NCBI GenBank assembly: GCA_044229145.1
Contig: JBGATO010000057.1
Span: 1-23,053 of the forward strand
Length of the DNA stretch: 23,053 bases
Direction: 5' to 3'
Source of the DNA: Candidatus Eiseniibacteriota bacterium
GTDB lineage: Bacteria > Eisenbacteria > RBG-16-71-46 > CAZEPH01
Shown: in pieces, positions 16,108-23,053 of the stretch
Position numbering within the stretch: the first letter of the stretch is position 1
Layout: every line of letters begins with the position of its first letter
The notes under the pieces: model-generated
What the model was told of the DNA's origin: nothing
Databases searched by the model: none
Seen by the model: the letters and a program-made list of their open reading frames with translations, nothing else
Translations under genes and position numbers: made by a program

Positions 16108-16884
16108 CTACGGTTTGACCGCCCGCGTGGCGACGAACAGCGGATACGCGCCGTACGCCGACTCGTCGTTCCACGCATCTTCGTAGAGCGCGGTGAGCGC
16201 CAGCCCTGCCGCCAGCTGCCCGCCGATCTGCTCCTCGAGCGAATGGCTGAACGACAGCGGATCGCCGCGCTCGGCCATCGCCGCGAGTTCCTCTGGCGAG
16301 CGATGCGCGAGATCCGAATACGGCAACGGGTAGCGCGCGATCAAGGCCGGCCGCGTTTGGGCCTCGGTCTCGTCGAAGATGTAGAGCAGCGGATTGCAGA
16401 AGCCGGCGAGCAGCACGCCGCCGCGCCGCAACACGCGCGCGCACTCGCGCCACACCGGCAGGATATCCGGCACGAAGCCGTTCGCGCACGGGTGGATGAT
16501 GCAATCGACGCTCGCGTCGGCGATTGCGTGCAAGTCGCGCATGTCGCCTTCGACGGTGGCGATCGTGAGGCCGTCGCGGTCGGCCACCGCGCGGTCCTGC
16601 GCGAGCTGGCGCGGCGCATTGTCGTAGACCGTCACGCGCGCGCCGGCGGCGGCGAGCAGCGGGCCTTGCTGTCCGCCACCGCTCGCCAGGCACAAGACAT
16701 CGGCGCCCTCGAGCGGTGGAATCCAGTCGCGCGGCACCGGGCGCGTCGGCGTGAGCACGATGTGCCAGTCGCCGCGGCGCGCCCGCGCGATGTCGTCCGG
16801 CGTCACCGGAATCGTCCACCGGTTGCCGTCGTCGACGAGGCGATTCCACGCCTGCCGATTGTGTTCGCGCACGGCGTCGTTCAT
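16108..16884 (-). CDS. Class I SAM-dependent methyltransferase, 258 aa
   Basis: Start MNDAVREHNRQAWN overlaps the upstream stop (ATGA), SD GAAGGAG; motifs VLCLASGGGQQ, GDMRDL, RVLRRGGVL. Confidence 0.88.
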   Translation of the reverse strand: MNDAVREHNRQAWNRLVDDGNRWTIPVTPDDIARARRGDWHIVLTPTRPVPRDWIPPLEGADVLCLASGGGQQGPLLAAAGARVTVYDNAPRQLAQDRAVADRDGLTIATVEGDMRDLHAIADASVDCIIHPCANGFVPDILPVWRECARVLRRGGVLLAGFCNPLLYIFDETEAQTRPALIARYPLPYSDLAHRSPEELAAMAERGDPLSFSHSLEEQIGGQLAAGLALTALYEDAWNDESAYGAYPLFVATRAVKP

Positions 16885-17492
16885 GTCGTGTCTCCTTCGC
16901 GCAGGGCGCCGCGCAGCGCGTCGACGAAGCGCGTGAATTCCGCCGTGCGCCGCACGCGATCCGGCGCGCGCAGACCGTCGAAGAATTGCGCCCGCAGGCT
17001 CGTGGTGAGTTCGAGTTGTACGCCCGCACCGCGTCGTGTGCGATTGCAGACGTTGCGCGGATCGTGGCCACGATGCGCCGTGTCGTCGACGCACGCCGCG
17101 AAGCCGGCGTCGCCGAGCGCCGCGAGCACCCGCGCACGCAGCGCGCCATCGCGCCCGCCGACGAAGACGCGTGCGCCGTCGTCGCCGCATCCATGCACCG
17201 CCACCACCCGCTCGGCGCGTTCCACGACCTCGAGGCACGCACGATCGTCGAACGCGATGCTGCGCACGTGCAGCGCATCGTTGCCGCGCACCTTGATGCC
17301 CTCGAAACAGTACAGCGAGAACTCCTCGCCGGCGATCGCGTGCGCGAGTTCCGAGGTGCCCGCCTCGATGCCACCACCGTGCAAAGCGACCACCGCGACC
17401 GGGGAATTGCGTATCACCACGACGCGCCGCCAGTCGAGGCCTTCGCGCTCGTGCCGCGCCAACGTGGCGAAATCGGGATAGACGTCGGCCAT
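16881..17492 (-). CDS. Poly-gamma-glutamate hydrolase family protein (PghP/DUF867), 203 aa
   Basis: MADVYPDFATL..., HGGGIEAGTSE, LHVRSIAFD, AVHG, PRNVCNR, GVQLELT; true start at 17492, preceded by TTGACG-17-GACGAT-6 nt. Confidence 0.85.
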   Translation of the reverse strand: MADVYPDFATLARHEREGLDWRRVVVIRNSPVAVVALHGGGIEAGTSELAHAIAGEEFSLYCFEGIKVRGNDALHVRSIAFDDRACLEVVERAERVVAVHGCGDDGARVFVGGRDGALRARVLAALGDAGFAACVDDTAHRGHDPRNVCNRTRRGAGVQLELTTSLRAQFFDGLRAPDRVRRTAEFTRFVDALRGALREGDTT

Positions 17493-17627
17493 CCCGTCAT
17501 CGTCGCGGCCGGCCGGCGTGCCGTCAATGGCCCCCCGCACGCGCGGCGGCGCCTTGACCCTGCGCGCTGCCTCGCCGCATCGTCCCGGTGATGACCCACC
17601 GCTCGTTCCGACACCCCGCGCGCGCCG

Positions 17628-18872
17628 ATGCCTGAGTTTCCGCGCGCCGTCATCGCGCTCCGCCACCGCAACTTCCGCCTGTTCTGGACGGGACAATTGG
17701 TGTCGCTCACCGGCACCTGGATGCAAGGCGTGGCGCAGTCGTGGCTGGTGCTCTCGCTGACCGACAGCCCGATGTGGCTTGGCCTCGTCAACGCCGCCAG
17801 CACGCTGCCGATCCTGCTCTTCACGTTGCTCGGCGGTGTCGTCGCCGACGCGTTCGACAAGCGCAAGACGTTGGTGGTGGCGCAGAGCCTGCTCATGGTG
17901 CAGGCGGTCGCGCTCGCCTACCTCACGCTCAGCCACCGCGTCCAGGTGTGGGAGATCATGGTGCTCGCGGCGATGATCGGCACCGTGAGTGCCTTCGAGA
18001 TTCCGACTCGCCAGGCATTCGCCGTGGAATTGGTGGGCAAGGACGACCTGCAGAACGCGATCTCGATCAACTCGATGGTGTTCAACATCACCCGCATCCT
18101 CGGCCCCAGCGTGGGCGGCGTCGTCATCGCGGCGTTCGGGGCGGGCGGCTGCTTCGCGCTCAATGCGGTGAGCTTCGTCGCCGTGTTGATTGCGCTGACG
18201 CGGATGCGCGGGCCGTTTCCGCCGCCGCCGCGTACGCCGACGCCGGCGTGGGAGCAAATGCGCGAGGGACTCGCCTACATTCGCCGCGAACCGCGGATGC
18301 GCGGACTGGTGCTGCACGTCGCGGCGGTGAGCGTGTTCGGCATGCCGTACGTCACGCTGATGCCGATCATCGCCCGGGACGTGCTCCACGGCGGGCCCCG
18401 CATGCTCGGGCTGTTGCAGGCCTCGGCGGGCGTCGGATCGCTGCTGGCAGCGTTGTGGATTGCCTCGCGGGGGACCGGACGGCCGCGCTTCGAGTCGCGC
18501 AGCCGCGTCGTGTGGCTGGGCAGTGCGGCGGTGTCGGTTCTCCTGGCGGTGCTGTCGCGTTCGCACGCCGCGTGGTTGTCGTCGCTGACGCTGGCGCTGA
18601 TCGGCGCGGCAGTGGTGAGTGCGGTGGTGAACACCAACACGCTGCTCCAAACGCTCGTTCCGGACGAGCTGCGCGGACGCGTCATGAGCGTGCATGTGAC
18701 GTCATTCATAGGGTTTGCGCCGTTGTCGGCGATGTTGGCGGGGTCCTTGGCGCGGCTCGTCGGGGCGCCGGACGCCTTGCTCATCCATGGGGTGCTGACG
18801 CTGCTCTGCTCGTCGGCGTTCGGGTATTTCGTCGTGCCGCGCCGGGCACCGGTGGTGGCGGCCGCCAGCTAG
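17628..18872 (+). CDS. MFS transporter (MFS_3/DUF894-like)
   Basis: ALRHRNFRLFWTGQLVSLTGTWMQ, GGVVADAFDKRK, NAISINS..FNITRILGP, PDELRGRVMS. Confidence 0.92.
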   Translation: MPEFPRAVIALRHRNFRLFWTGQLVSLTGTWMQGVAQSWLVLSLTDSPMWLGLVNAASTLPILLFTLLGGVVADAFDKRKTLVVAQSLLMVQAVALAYLTLSHRVQVWEIMVLAAMIGTVSAFEIPTRQAFAVELVGKDDLQNAISINSMVFNITRILGPSVGGVVIAAFGAGGCFALNAVSFVAVLIALTRMRGPFPPPPRTPTPAWEQMREGLAYIRREPRMRGLVLHVAAVSVFGMPYVTLMPIIARDVLHGGPRMLGLLQASAGVGSLLAALWIASRGTGRPRFESRSRVVWLGSAAVSVLLAVLSRSHAAWLSSLTLALIGAAVVSAVVNTNTLLQTLVPDELRGRVMSVHVTSFIGFAPLSAMLAGSLARLVGAPDALLIHGVLTLLCSSAFGYFVVPRRAPVVAAAS

Positions 18873-19054
18873 CGCCCGGTGTCCTTTGGGACGCACCTGG
18901 CCGTTTTCGGGACGCTGCCGCCGCGCTCACGCGCCAATCTCGGCCACGGCTGATGGACCAGCGCGGTCGCCCCGGCCGCGAAACCTCCGTGCAACCTCCG
19001 GTGTTGCAAGGGCGTCTCACTTCCCGAATGCGGCAGCAGTGGGGAACGCGCCGG

Positions 19055-19070
19055 TGGCACGGCGTATGCG
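19055..19070 (+). promoter_or_regulatory. sigma54 (-24/-12) promoter
   Basis: TGGCACGGCGTATGCG matches TGGCACG-N4-TTGC with one mismatch (GG 19056-57, GC 19068-69); predicted +1 at about 19081. Confidence 0.65.
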
Positions 19071-19080
19071 CTGCGGCAAA

Positions 19081-19167
19081 ACGACATCGCGCTGATGACG
19101 CGCACGTCGTGATACCTCTGATGATCTCACCGGTGGGGCGGAACCGAGGCCGCCCCACCGGTTTTTT
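19081..19167 (+). ncRNA. Candidate sigma54-dependent small RNA of about 87 nt
   Basis: Begins at the predicted +1 with hairpin ACGAC..GCGC-TGATGAC-GCGC..GTCGT, followed by a linker and a strong terminator; no credible ORF. Confidence 0.6.
19129..19167 (+). terminator. Intrinsic terminator
   Basis: 13-bp perfect stem ACCGGTGGGGCGG/CCGCCCCACCGGT running into a T6 tract (19162-19167). Confidence 0.85.
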
Positions 19168-19892
19168 CACCCCCGCCCGCCGGCCAGGCCGCGGTAGGCG
19201 CCACGCGCATCCCGAAGCACCACCCGCAGCAACGCGCCGAGCATCGACAGACTCGAGCGGACGATGTGGACGCGCGAATCCGGTGAATTCTCCCACGACA
19301 CCGGCATCTCGCGCACCGCGTAGCCCATGCGGCGCGCCACGTGGATGACCTCGACGTCGCAGCCGAAGCCGGTCTCGCGCACCGCCGCGAAAATGCGCCG
19401 CGCCGCGTCGCCGCGGAGCAGCTTGAAGCCGCATTGGGTGTCGCGGTAGCTCCAGCCGAGCAGCGCACGCACCAACAGGTTGAAGGTCTTCCCCATCGAC
19501 TCGCGATAGAACGGCTGCCGGCGGGTGATCACGGAGTCGTGGAGGCCACGCGAACCGAGCACCAGTGCCGCGTCGCCGCTGTCGAGGCAGCCGCGCAGGC
19601 GCTCGAGTTCGGCGATCGGGGTCGAGAGGTCGGCATCGGTGAGCAAGACGAGGTCGCCGCGCGAGGCGAGGACGCCGCGGCGCAGGGCGTCGCCCTTGCC
19701 GGCGCGCCGGCCGCCTGCCAACACGGTGGCGCCGGCCGCCGCGGCGAGTGCCGCGGTGCCGTCCGCGCTGCCGTCGTCGCACACCAGGATCTCGTGCGCT
19801 TCGCCGGTGGCGGCGAAATGCGCGGCCAGCCGCTCGAGCGTCGGCCCGAGCCGCCGTTCCTCGTTGTAGGCGGGAATGACGACGGAGATCAT
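19167..19892 (-). CDS. GT2 glycosyltransferase, polyprenyl/dolichyl-phosphate beta-glucosyltransferase-like
   Basis: ISVVIPAYNEE, CDDGSADGT, GKGDALRRG, TDADLSTP, DTQCGFKL, GFGCDVEV; promoter TTGACG-18-TACGGT-8 nt-ATG. Confidence 0.9.
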   Translation of the reverse strand: MISVVIPAYNEERRLGPTLERLAAHFAATGEAHEILVCDDGSADGTAALAAAAGATVLAGGRRAGKGDALRRGVLASRGDLVLLTDADLSTPIAELERLRGCLDSGDAALVLGSRGLHDSVITRRQPFYRESMGKTFNLLVRALLGWSYRDTQCGFKLLRGDAARRIFAAVRETGFGCDVEVIHVARRMGYAVREMPVSWENSPDSRVHIVRSSLSMLGALLRVVLRDARGAYRGLAGGRG

Positions 19893-19972
19893 CGTGCCCG
19901 ACCGTACGGGCTTCGCCGCAACCGCGTCAACGCGTGGCGGTCGGGCGGCGTGCTCTCACCCAGGGACGCCGG

Positions 19973-20437
19973 TCAGACGTCCGGTGTCTGGCGGGCGACC
20001 GGCGTGAGCGTGAGGTGGCGCGGCGGCTCGCTCGGCACCTGCCACTCGATGTAGCCGTAGCCGAGTTCGCCGTGGACGCGATTGGCCTCGGCCACCGCGG
20101 CGTCGTGCGCGAGGGTGAAGGCCGCCAGGTCACGCGCGCGGATCGCGTCGGAGAGCGGCGTCAGGCACGTGGCGTCGTACGCCGCGAGCGCCTCCGCCAT
20201 CTTCGGGCGGGTCAACGCGCCGGTCTTGAACATCTTGCGCATGCGGAACGCGTAGTGGGCGAGATCCCAGTTCCCGCCGTGCGCCGCGTAGTAGAGAACA
20301 GTACCGCTCGGCCATCTCGCGCATCAACCGGCCGAGGCCCAGGGCGAGTCCGGCGAGTTGGTCGATGGTCAACTCGCCGTGCTTGGTGCGGCCGGCGACG
20401 ACCGGGCGGTCGTCGCCGGCGTGCTGCCGTCGCTCAT
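19973..20437 (-). pseudogene. Hypothetical helical protein split by two frameshifts (about 20420 and about 20300); pseudogene or consensus error
   Basis: ATG 20437 overlaps the cytochrome c stop. Reads MSDGS, then shifts to AGDDRPVVAGRTKHGELTIDQLAGLALGLGRLMREMAERY, then shifts back to VLYYAAHGGNWDLAHYAFRMRKMFKTGALTRPK...ANRVHGELGYGYIEWQVPSEPPRHL. Confidence 0.7.
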
Positions 20438-21117
20438 TTCAACGAACTCAGGTAGGCCGCCATCGCCGCCGCTTCCGCGGCGCTCACGGTGTACGCTGGA
20501 CCCCACGCATCCTTCTTCATCTTCGCCGGCGCGGTGATCCAGGTGGCGATCTGCTCGGCGGTGTACTTCTTGCCGATGTGACTGAGGTCCGGCGCTTCCG
20601 ACTTGCCCTTCTTGGCGATGATGTGGCACGCCTGGCAGTCGTACTCCGCCACCAGCTTCGCGCCGGCCTCGGCCGGCGACTTCGCCGCCTTCACGATCGC
20701 CGCGCCATCGACGGCATGCGTCTGCGCGCTGAGGAAGGTGACGAGCGTCTGGATCTGCTTCTCCGTCATCTGCTTGAACACCGGCATGATGGTGTCCTTC
20801 TTCATCGCCTTGGGATCGCGGATCCAGGCTGCGAGCCACTCGGGGCTGCGGCGCATGCCGACGTTGTCGTAGGTCGGGACGTTGGGCAATCCTCCCTTGC
20901 CCTTGTAGGTGTGGCAGGTGAAGCACGCAAAGCCCGGATTCTCCATGATGGTGCGCGCGGCCTTGATCTGCGCATCGGTCAGGGCGGCCGCGGTGGGCGC
21001 GGCGGCGGAATCCGGTTTCTGCGCGGCGTGCGCGCGGGTGGCACCGTCGGGCGAACCCACGAGGACGACCGCGGCCGCCACGCAGGCGGCAAAGACGCCG
21101 AAACGACGTCGAGACAT
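20434..21117 (-). CDS. Exported diheme c-type cytochrome
   Basis: Two CxxCH motifs (CFTCH, CQACH), WLAAWIRDP...IMP, APDLSHIG; signal peptide; SD GGAGG. Confidence 0.92.
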   Translation of the reverse strand: MSRRRFGVFAACVAAAVVLVGSPDGATRAHAAQKPDSAAAPTAAALTDAQIKAARTIMENPGFACFTCHTYKGKGGLPNVPTYDNVGMRRSPEWLAAWIRDPKAMKKDTIMPVFKQMTEKQIQTLVTFLSAQTHAVDGAAIVKAAKSPAEAGAKLVAEYDCQACHIIAKKGKSEAPDLSHIGKKYTAEQIATWITAPAKMKKDAWGPAYTVSAAEAAAMAAYLSSLK

Positions 21118-21248
21118 GCAAAACCTCCGATGGTTGGCGAGGAGGGATACGTCGGGAGTCTACCGTGACGCAACGTTTCGCGCCAGCGAGGAGGGCAGCG
21201 GGAGGCGGCGGTGCGCGGGAGACTTCACAGACACCTGAAAGGGATGGG

Positions 21249-22214
21249 ATGTTCCGAAGAATCGTTGGGCTGGCGCAAATCGCGCTATGTATCGCGTCGG
21301 CAGGAGTTGCGCGCTCCACGGACGAGGTGGCCGAGTTCCAGCTGAGCGGCGCGCTGCTGCGCGAGGTGGCGCGCCAGGGCGTCGTAGCCGAGCTGCCGGT
21401 GACGATTACCGCCACCGGTGGTGTGCATCCGCCGGAGAACGACTGCGAGATGCACTGGGCCGCCGAGCCGCGGATCGCGCTCGGGGCGCCCGGCGGTTTG
21501 GTGCTCGAGCCGCCGAACGTGTGTCGCAGCTGGCCGCCGGCGGCCGCGCGGCGCGGTGGCCGGCGCGTTACCTGGCGCGACTACGCGGAGCGCCGACTGG
21601 TGGGCGCCGCGTGCACGGCGCGCGGCTTCGTGCGGATCGCCGCCGAGCACGCCGAGGGCGGTGGCTCGCCCGCCACCCCGCCGCACGTCGTCGAGATCCA
21701 TCCGCTGCTCGCGCTGTCCGGCGAGGGCGTCGCCCTCGACTTCGCGGACGACCTGCGTGTGGTCGGCGGCATGGTGCGCAAGCGACCGGAAATCGGCGAG
21801 CCGACGGTGCGCGGCCGGCGCCTCTTCGTCCGTCGCCGCGGCGACGACTACGAACTGCGCGACAACGGTGCCGGCGCGAATTGGAATTTCAGCGTCGTCG
21901 CGCTCGACGCCGCCGCGGCGCGCGTTCGTGCCGTGCGCGGCGGTCATCAGATCGACGCGCGCGTGCGCTTCCGCCCCGACGGGCCGGCACTGCCTCTCAC
22001 GCTGTACACGCTGACCGGCACCGCCGCCGATGCGCGTGCCGCGACGTGGCCGCCGGACGGCGCGACGTGGCGCGTCCTCGGCCTGCTGACGTACGACCCG
22101 CTGGCGATTCTCGCCGCGGTGCGCGATGCGCGCGGCGCCTGGACCGCCTGCGACGCGTGGACAGAGGTCCGGCGCCCGCTCGCGATGGTGGTGTGGGGCG
22201 AAACCGCGGAGTGA
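21249..22214 (+). CDS. Exported hypothetical protein, 321 aa
   Basis: ATG 21249 gives a signal-like MFRRIVGLAQIALCIASAGVA; protein-like composition; conserved-looking HPPENDCEMH and HVVEIHP. Confidence 0.7.
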   Translation: MFRRIVGLAQIALCIASAGVARSTDEVAEFQLSGALLREVARQGVVAELPVTITATGGVHPPENDCEMHWAAEPRIALGAPGGLVLEPPNVCRSWPPAAARRGGRRVTWRDYAERRLVGAACTARGFVRIAAEHAEGGGSPATPPHVVEIHPLLALSGEGVALDFADDLRVVGGMVRKRPEIGEPTVRGRRLFVRRRGDDYELRDNGAGANWNFSVVALDAAAARVRAVRGGHQIDARVRFRPDGPALPLTLYTLTGTAADARAATWPPDGATWRVLGLLTYDPLAILAAVRDARGAWTACDAWTEVRRPLAMVVWGETAE

Positions 22215-22257
22215 AGGCGGGTCGCATCGCGCCGGGCTTCCGGCTACACTGCGCCGC

Positions 22258-23053
22258 ATGCCACGCACATCCTCCCGCCGCGGCGCCCGTGCGCGCGGCG
22301 GTTCGTCAGCTTTCGGCCTCGCGGTGGAGTTGCCGCGCGGGCTGACCCTCGCCTTGGTCGCGCTCTGCACGATCGCGGCGGCGCTGCTCGGCGCCCGCGT
22401 GCGGCTGAGTAGCCGGCTGCCGGTGCCGGTCGAAGGCCAGATTCGCCGGCAGGTGGCGGAGACCGTGAAGCAGGATCTCGCGGCGTCTGGTTCGGTCGCC
22501 TCGCCGCGCGAACTGGACGCCGAGGCCGAGCGCATCTTGACGCGCGGCCGGTACACCGTGCAGAGCGGACCCTTCGCCGGACAGACGCTCGACCTGCGCG
22601 AGCAGATGGCGCAGATGGTGCCGCAGATCGAGTCGCTCTACACCTACGCGGACGGCGAGCGCCGGTACTCCTACCTCTCGGACCTCGACACGTACCACTG
22701 GATGGCGGCCGCGGCGCGCATCGAGAAAGTTGGACATCCCTGGGCGAAGGGGCCGGACGGTGTGGCGCGCGACCCGTGGTCGCTGGCGCCGCGCGGCTTC
22801 CCGGCGGACGGCTCGTGGCATCCACGTGTCCTCGCGCTGTGGCATCGTCTCGCCTCGCCGTTCCTGCACGGCGCGCCGCTCCAGGAGACCACCGGGTGGT
22901 GGCCGGTCGCGTTCGGGTTGGCGGCGGTGGTGCCGGTGGCCTTGCTCGCGGGGCTCTGTGGCGGCGCGTGGGCGGCGCCGGTGGTGGCGGTGCTGTTGGC
23001 CTACGCGCTGCCGGTCGTCGGCCGCACGTTCTGGGGGCACGCCGACACCGACC
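22258..23053 (+). CDS. STT3/AglB/PglB-family oligosaccharyltransferase-like GT-C protein; 3' end outside the window
   Basis: Not in the ORF track. My translation: MPRTSSRR...TM...GARVRL...YSYLSDLDTYHW...GHPW...DPWSLAPRG...TM segments...GRTFWGHADTD, which matches the STT3 EL1 Asp motif and R-T-x-x-G-x-x-DxD. TACACT lies 7 nt before the ATG. Confidence 0.75.
   Translation, partial: MPRTSSRRGARARGGSSAFGLAVELPRGLTLALVALCTIAAALLGARVRLSSRLPVPVEGQIRRQVAETVKQDLAASGSVASPRELDAEAERILTRGRYTVQSGPFAGQTLDLREQMAQMVPQIESLYTYADGERRYSYLSDLDTYHWMAAAARIEKVGHPWAKGPDGVARDPWSLAPRGFPADGSWHPRVLALWHRLASPFLHGAPLQETTGWWPVAFGLAAVVPVALLAGLCGGAWAAPVVAVLLAYALPVVGRTFWGHADTD

Noticed and set aside
16885..17238. N-terminal extension of the methyltransferase ORF
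   Set aside because: It overlaps the hydrolase gene in another frame; the SD and ATGA coupling place the start at 16884.
16881..18695. 604-aa ORF suggesting a large fusion to the hydrolase
   Set aside because: The N-terminal ~400 aa is the antisense of the MFS gene; the family sequence and promoter begin at 17492.
18945..19130. Hammerhead ribozyme suggested by CTGATGA/CTGATGG and a GAAAC
   Set aside because: No CUGAUGA is directly followed by stem II and GAAA, and no stem III with an NUH site can be built.
1..23053. CRISPR arrays, IS elements, prophage, tRNA/rRNA
   Set aside because: No regularly spaced repeats, transposase, integrase or phage structural motifs, or cloverleaf and rRNA signatures were seen.

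Overview
High-GC bacterial chromosome segment with no CRISPR array, rRNA, tRNA or transposase. A TonB-dependent receptor, lipoproteins and an FlgD-Ig-type C-terminal domain suggest a diderm, possibly an FCB-related candidate phylum (inference only). Left to right: a catalytically dead ImuB/DinB-like gene (partial); two tandem paralogous lipoproteins of unknown function separated by a structured intergenic RNA candidate; a tandem ketosynthase pair in which the downstream copy has lost the catalytic Cys and one His (KS/CLF-like); an Rdx/SelW selenoprotein with CxxU and a SECIS, missed by the ORF track; two tandem KimA/YdaO-type K+ transporters with matching promoters; an MFS transporter; a cobalamin-riboswitch operon (BtuB-like receptor plus a BtuG/YncE-like beta-propeller with a frameshifted C-terminus); a poly-gamma-glutamate hydrolase-family gene coupled to a SAM methyltransferase; a second MFS; a candidate sigma54-dependent sRNA; a GT2 glycosyltransferase; a diheme cytochrome c coupled to a doubly frameshifted gene; an unknown exported protein; and an STT3/AglB-like oligosaccharyltransferase (partial). 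Several genes appear to be leaderless. All family assignments come from motif recognition by eye; no searches were run.
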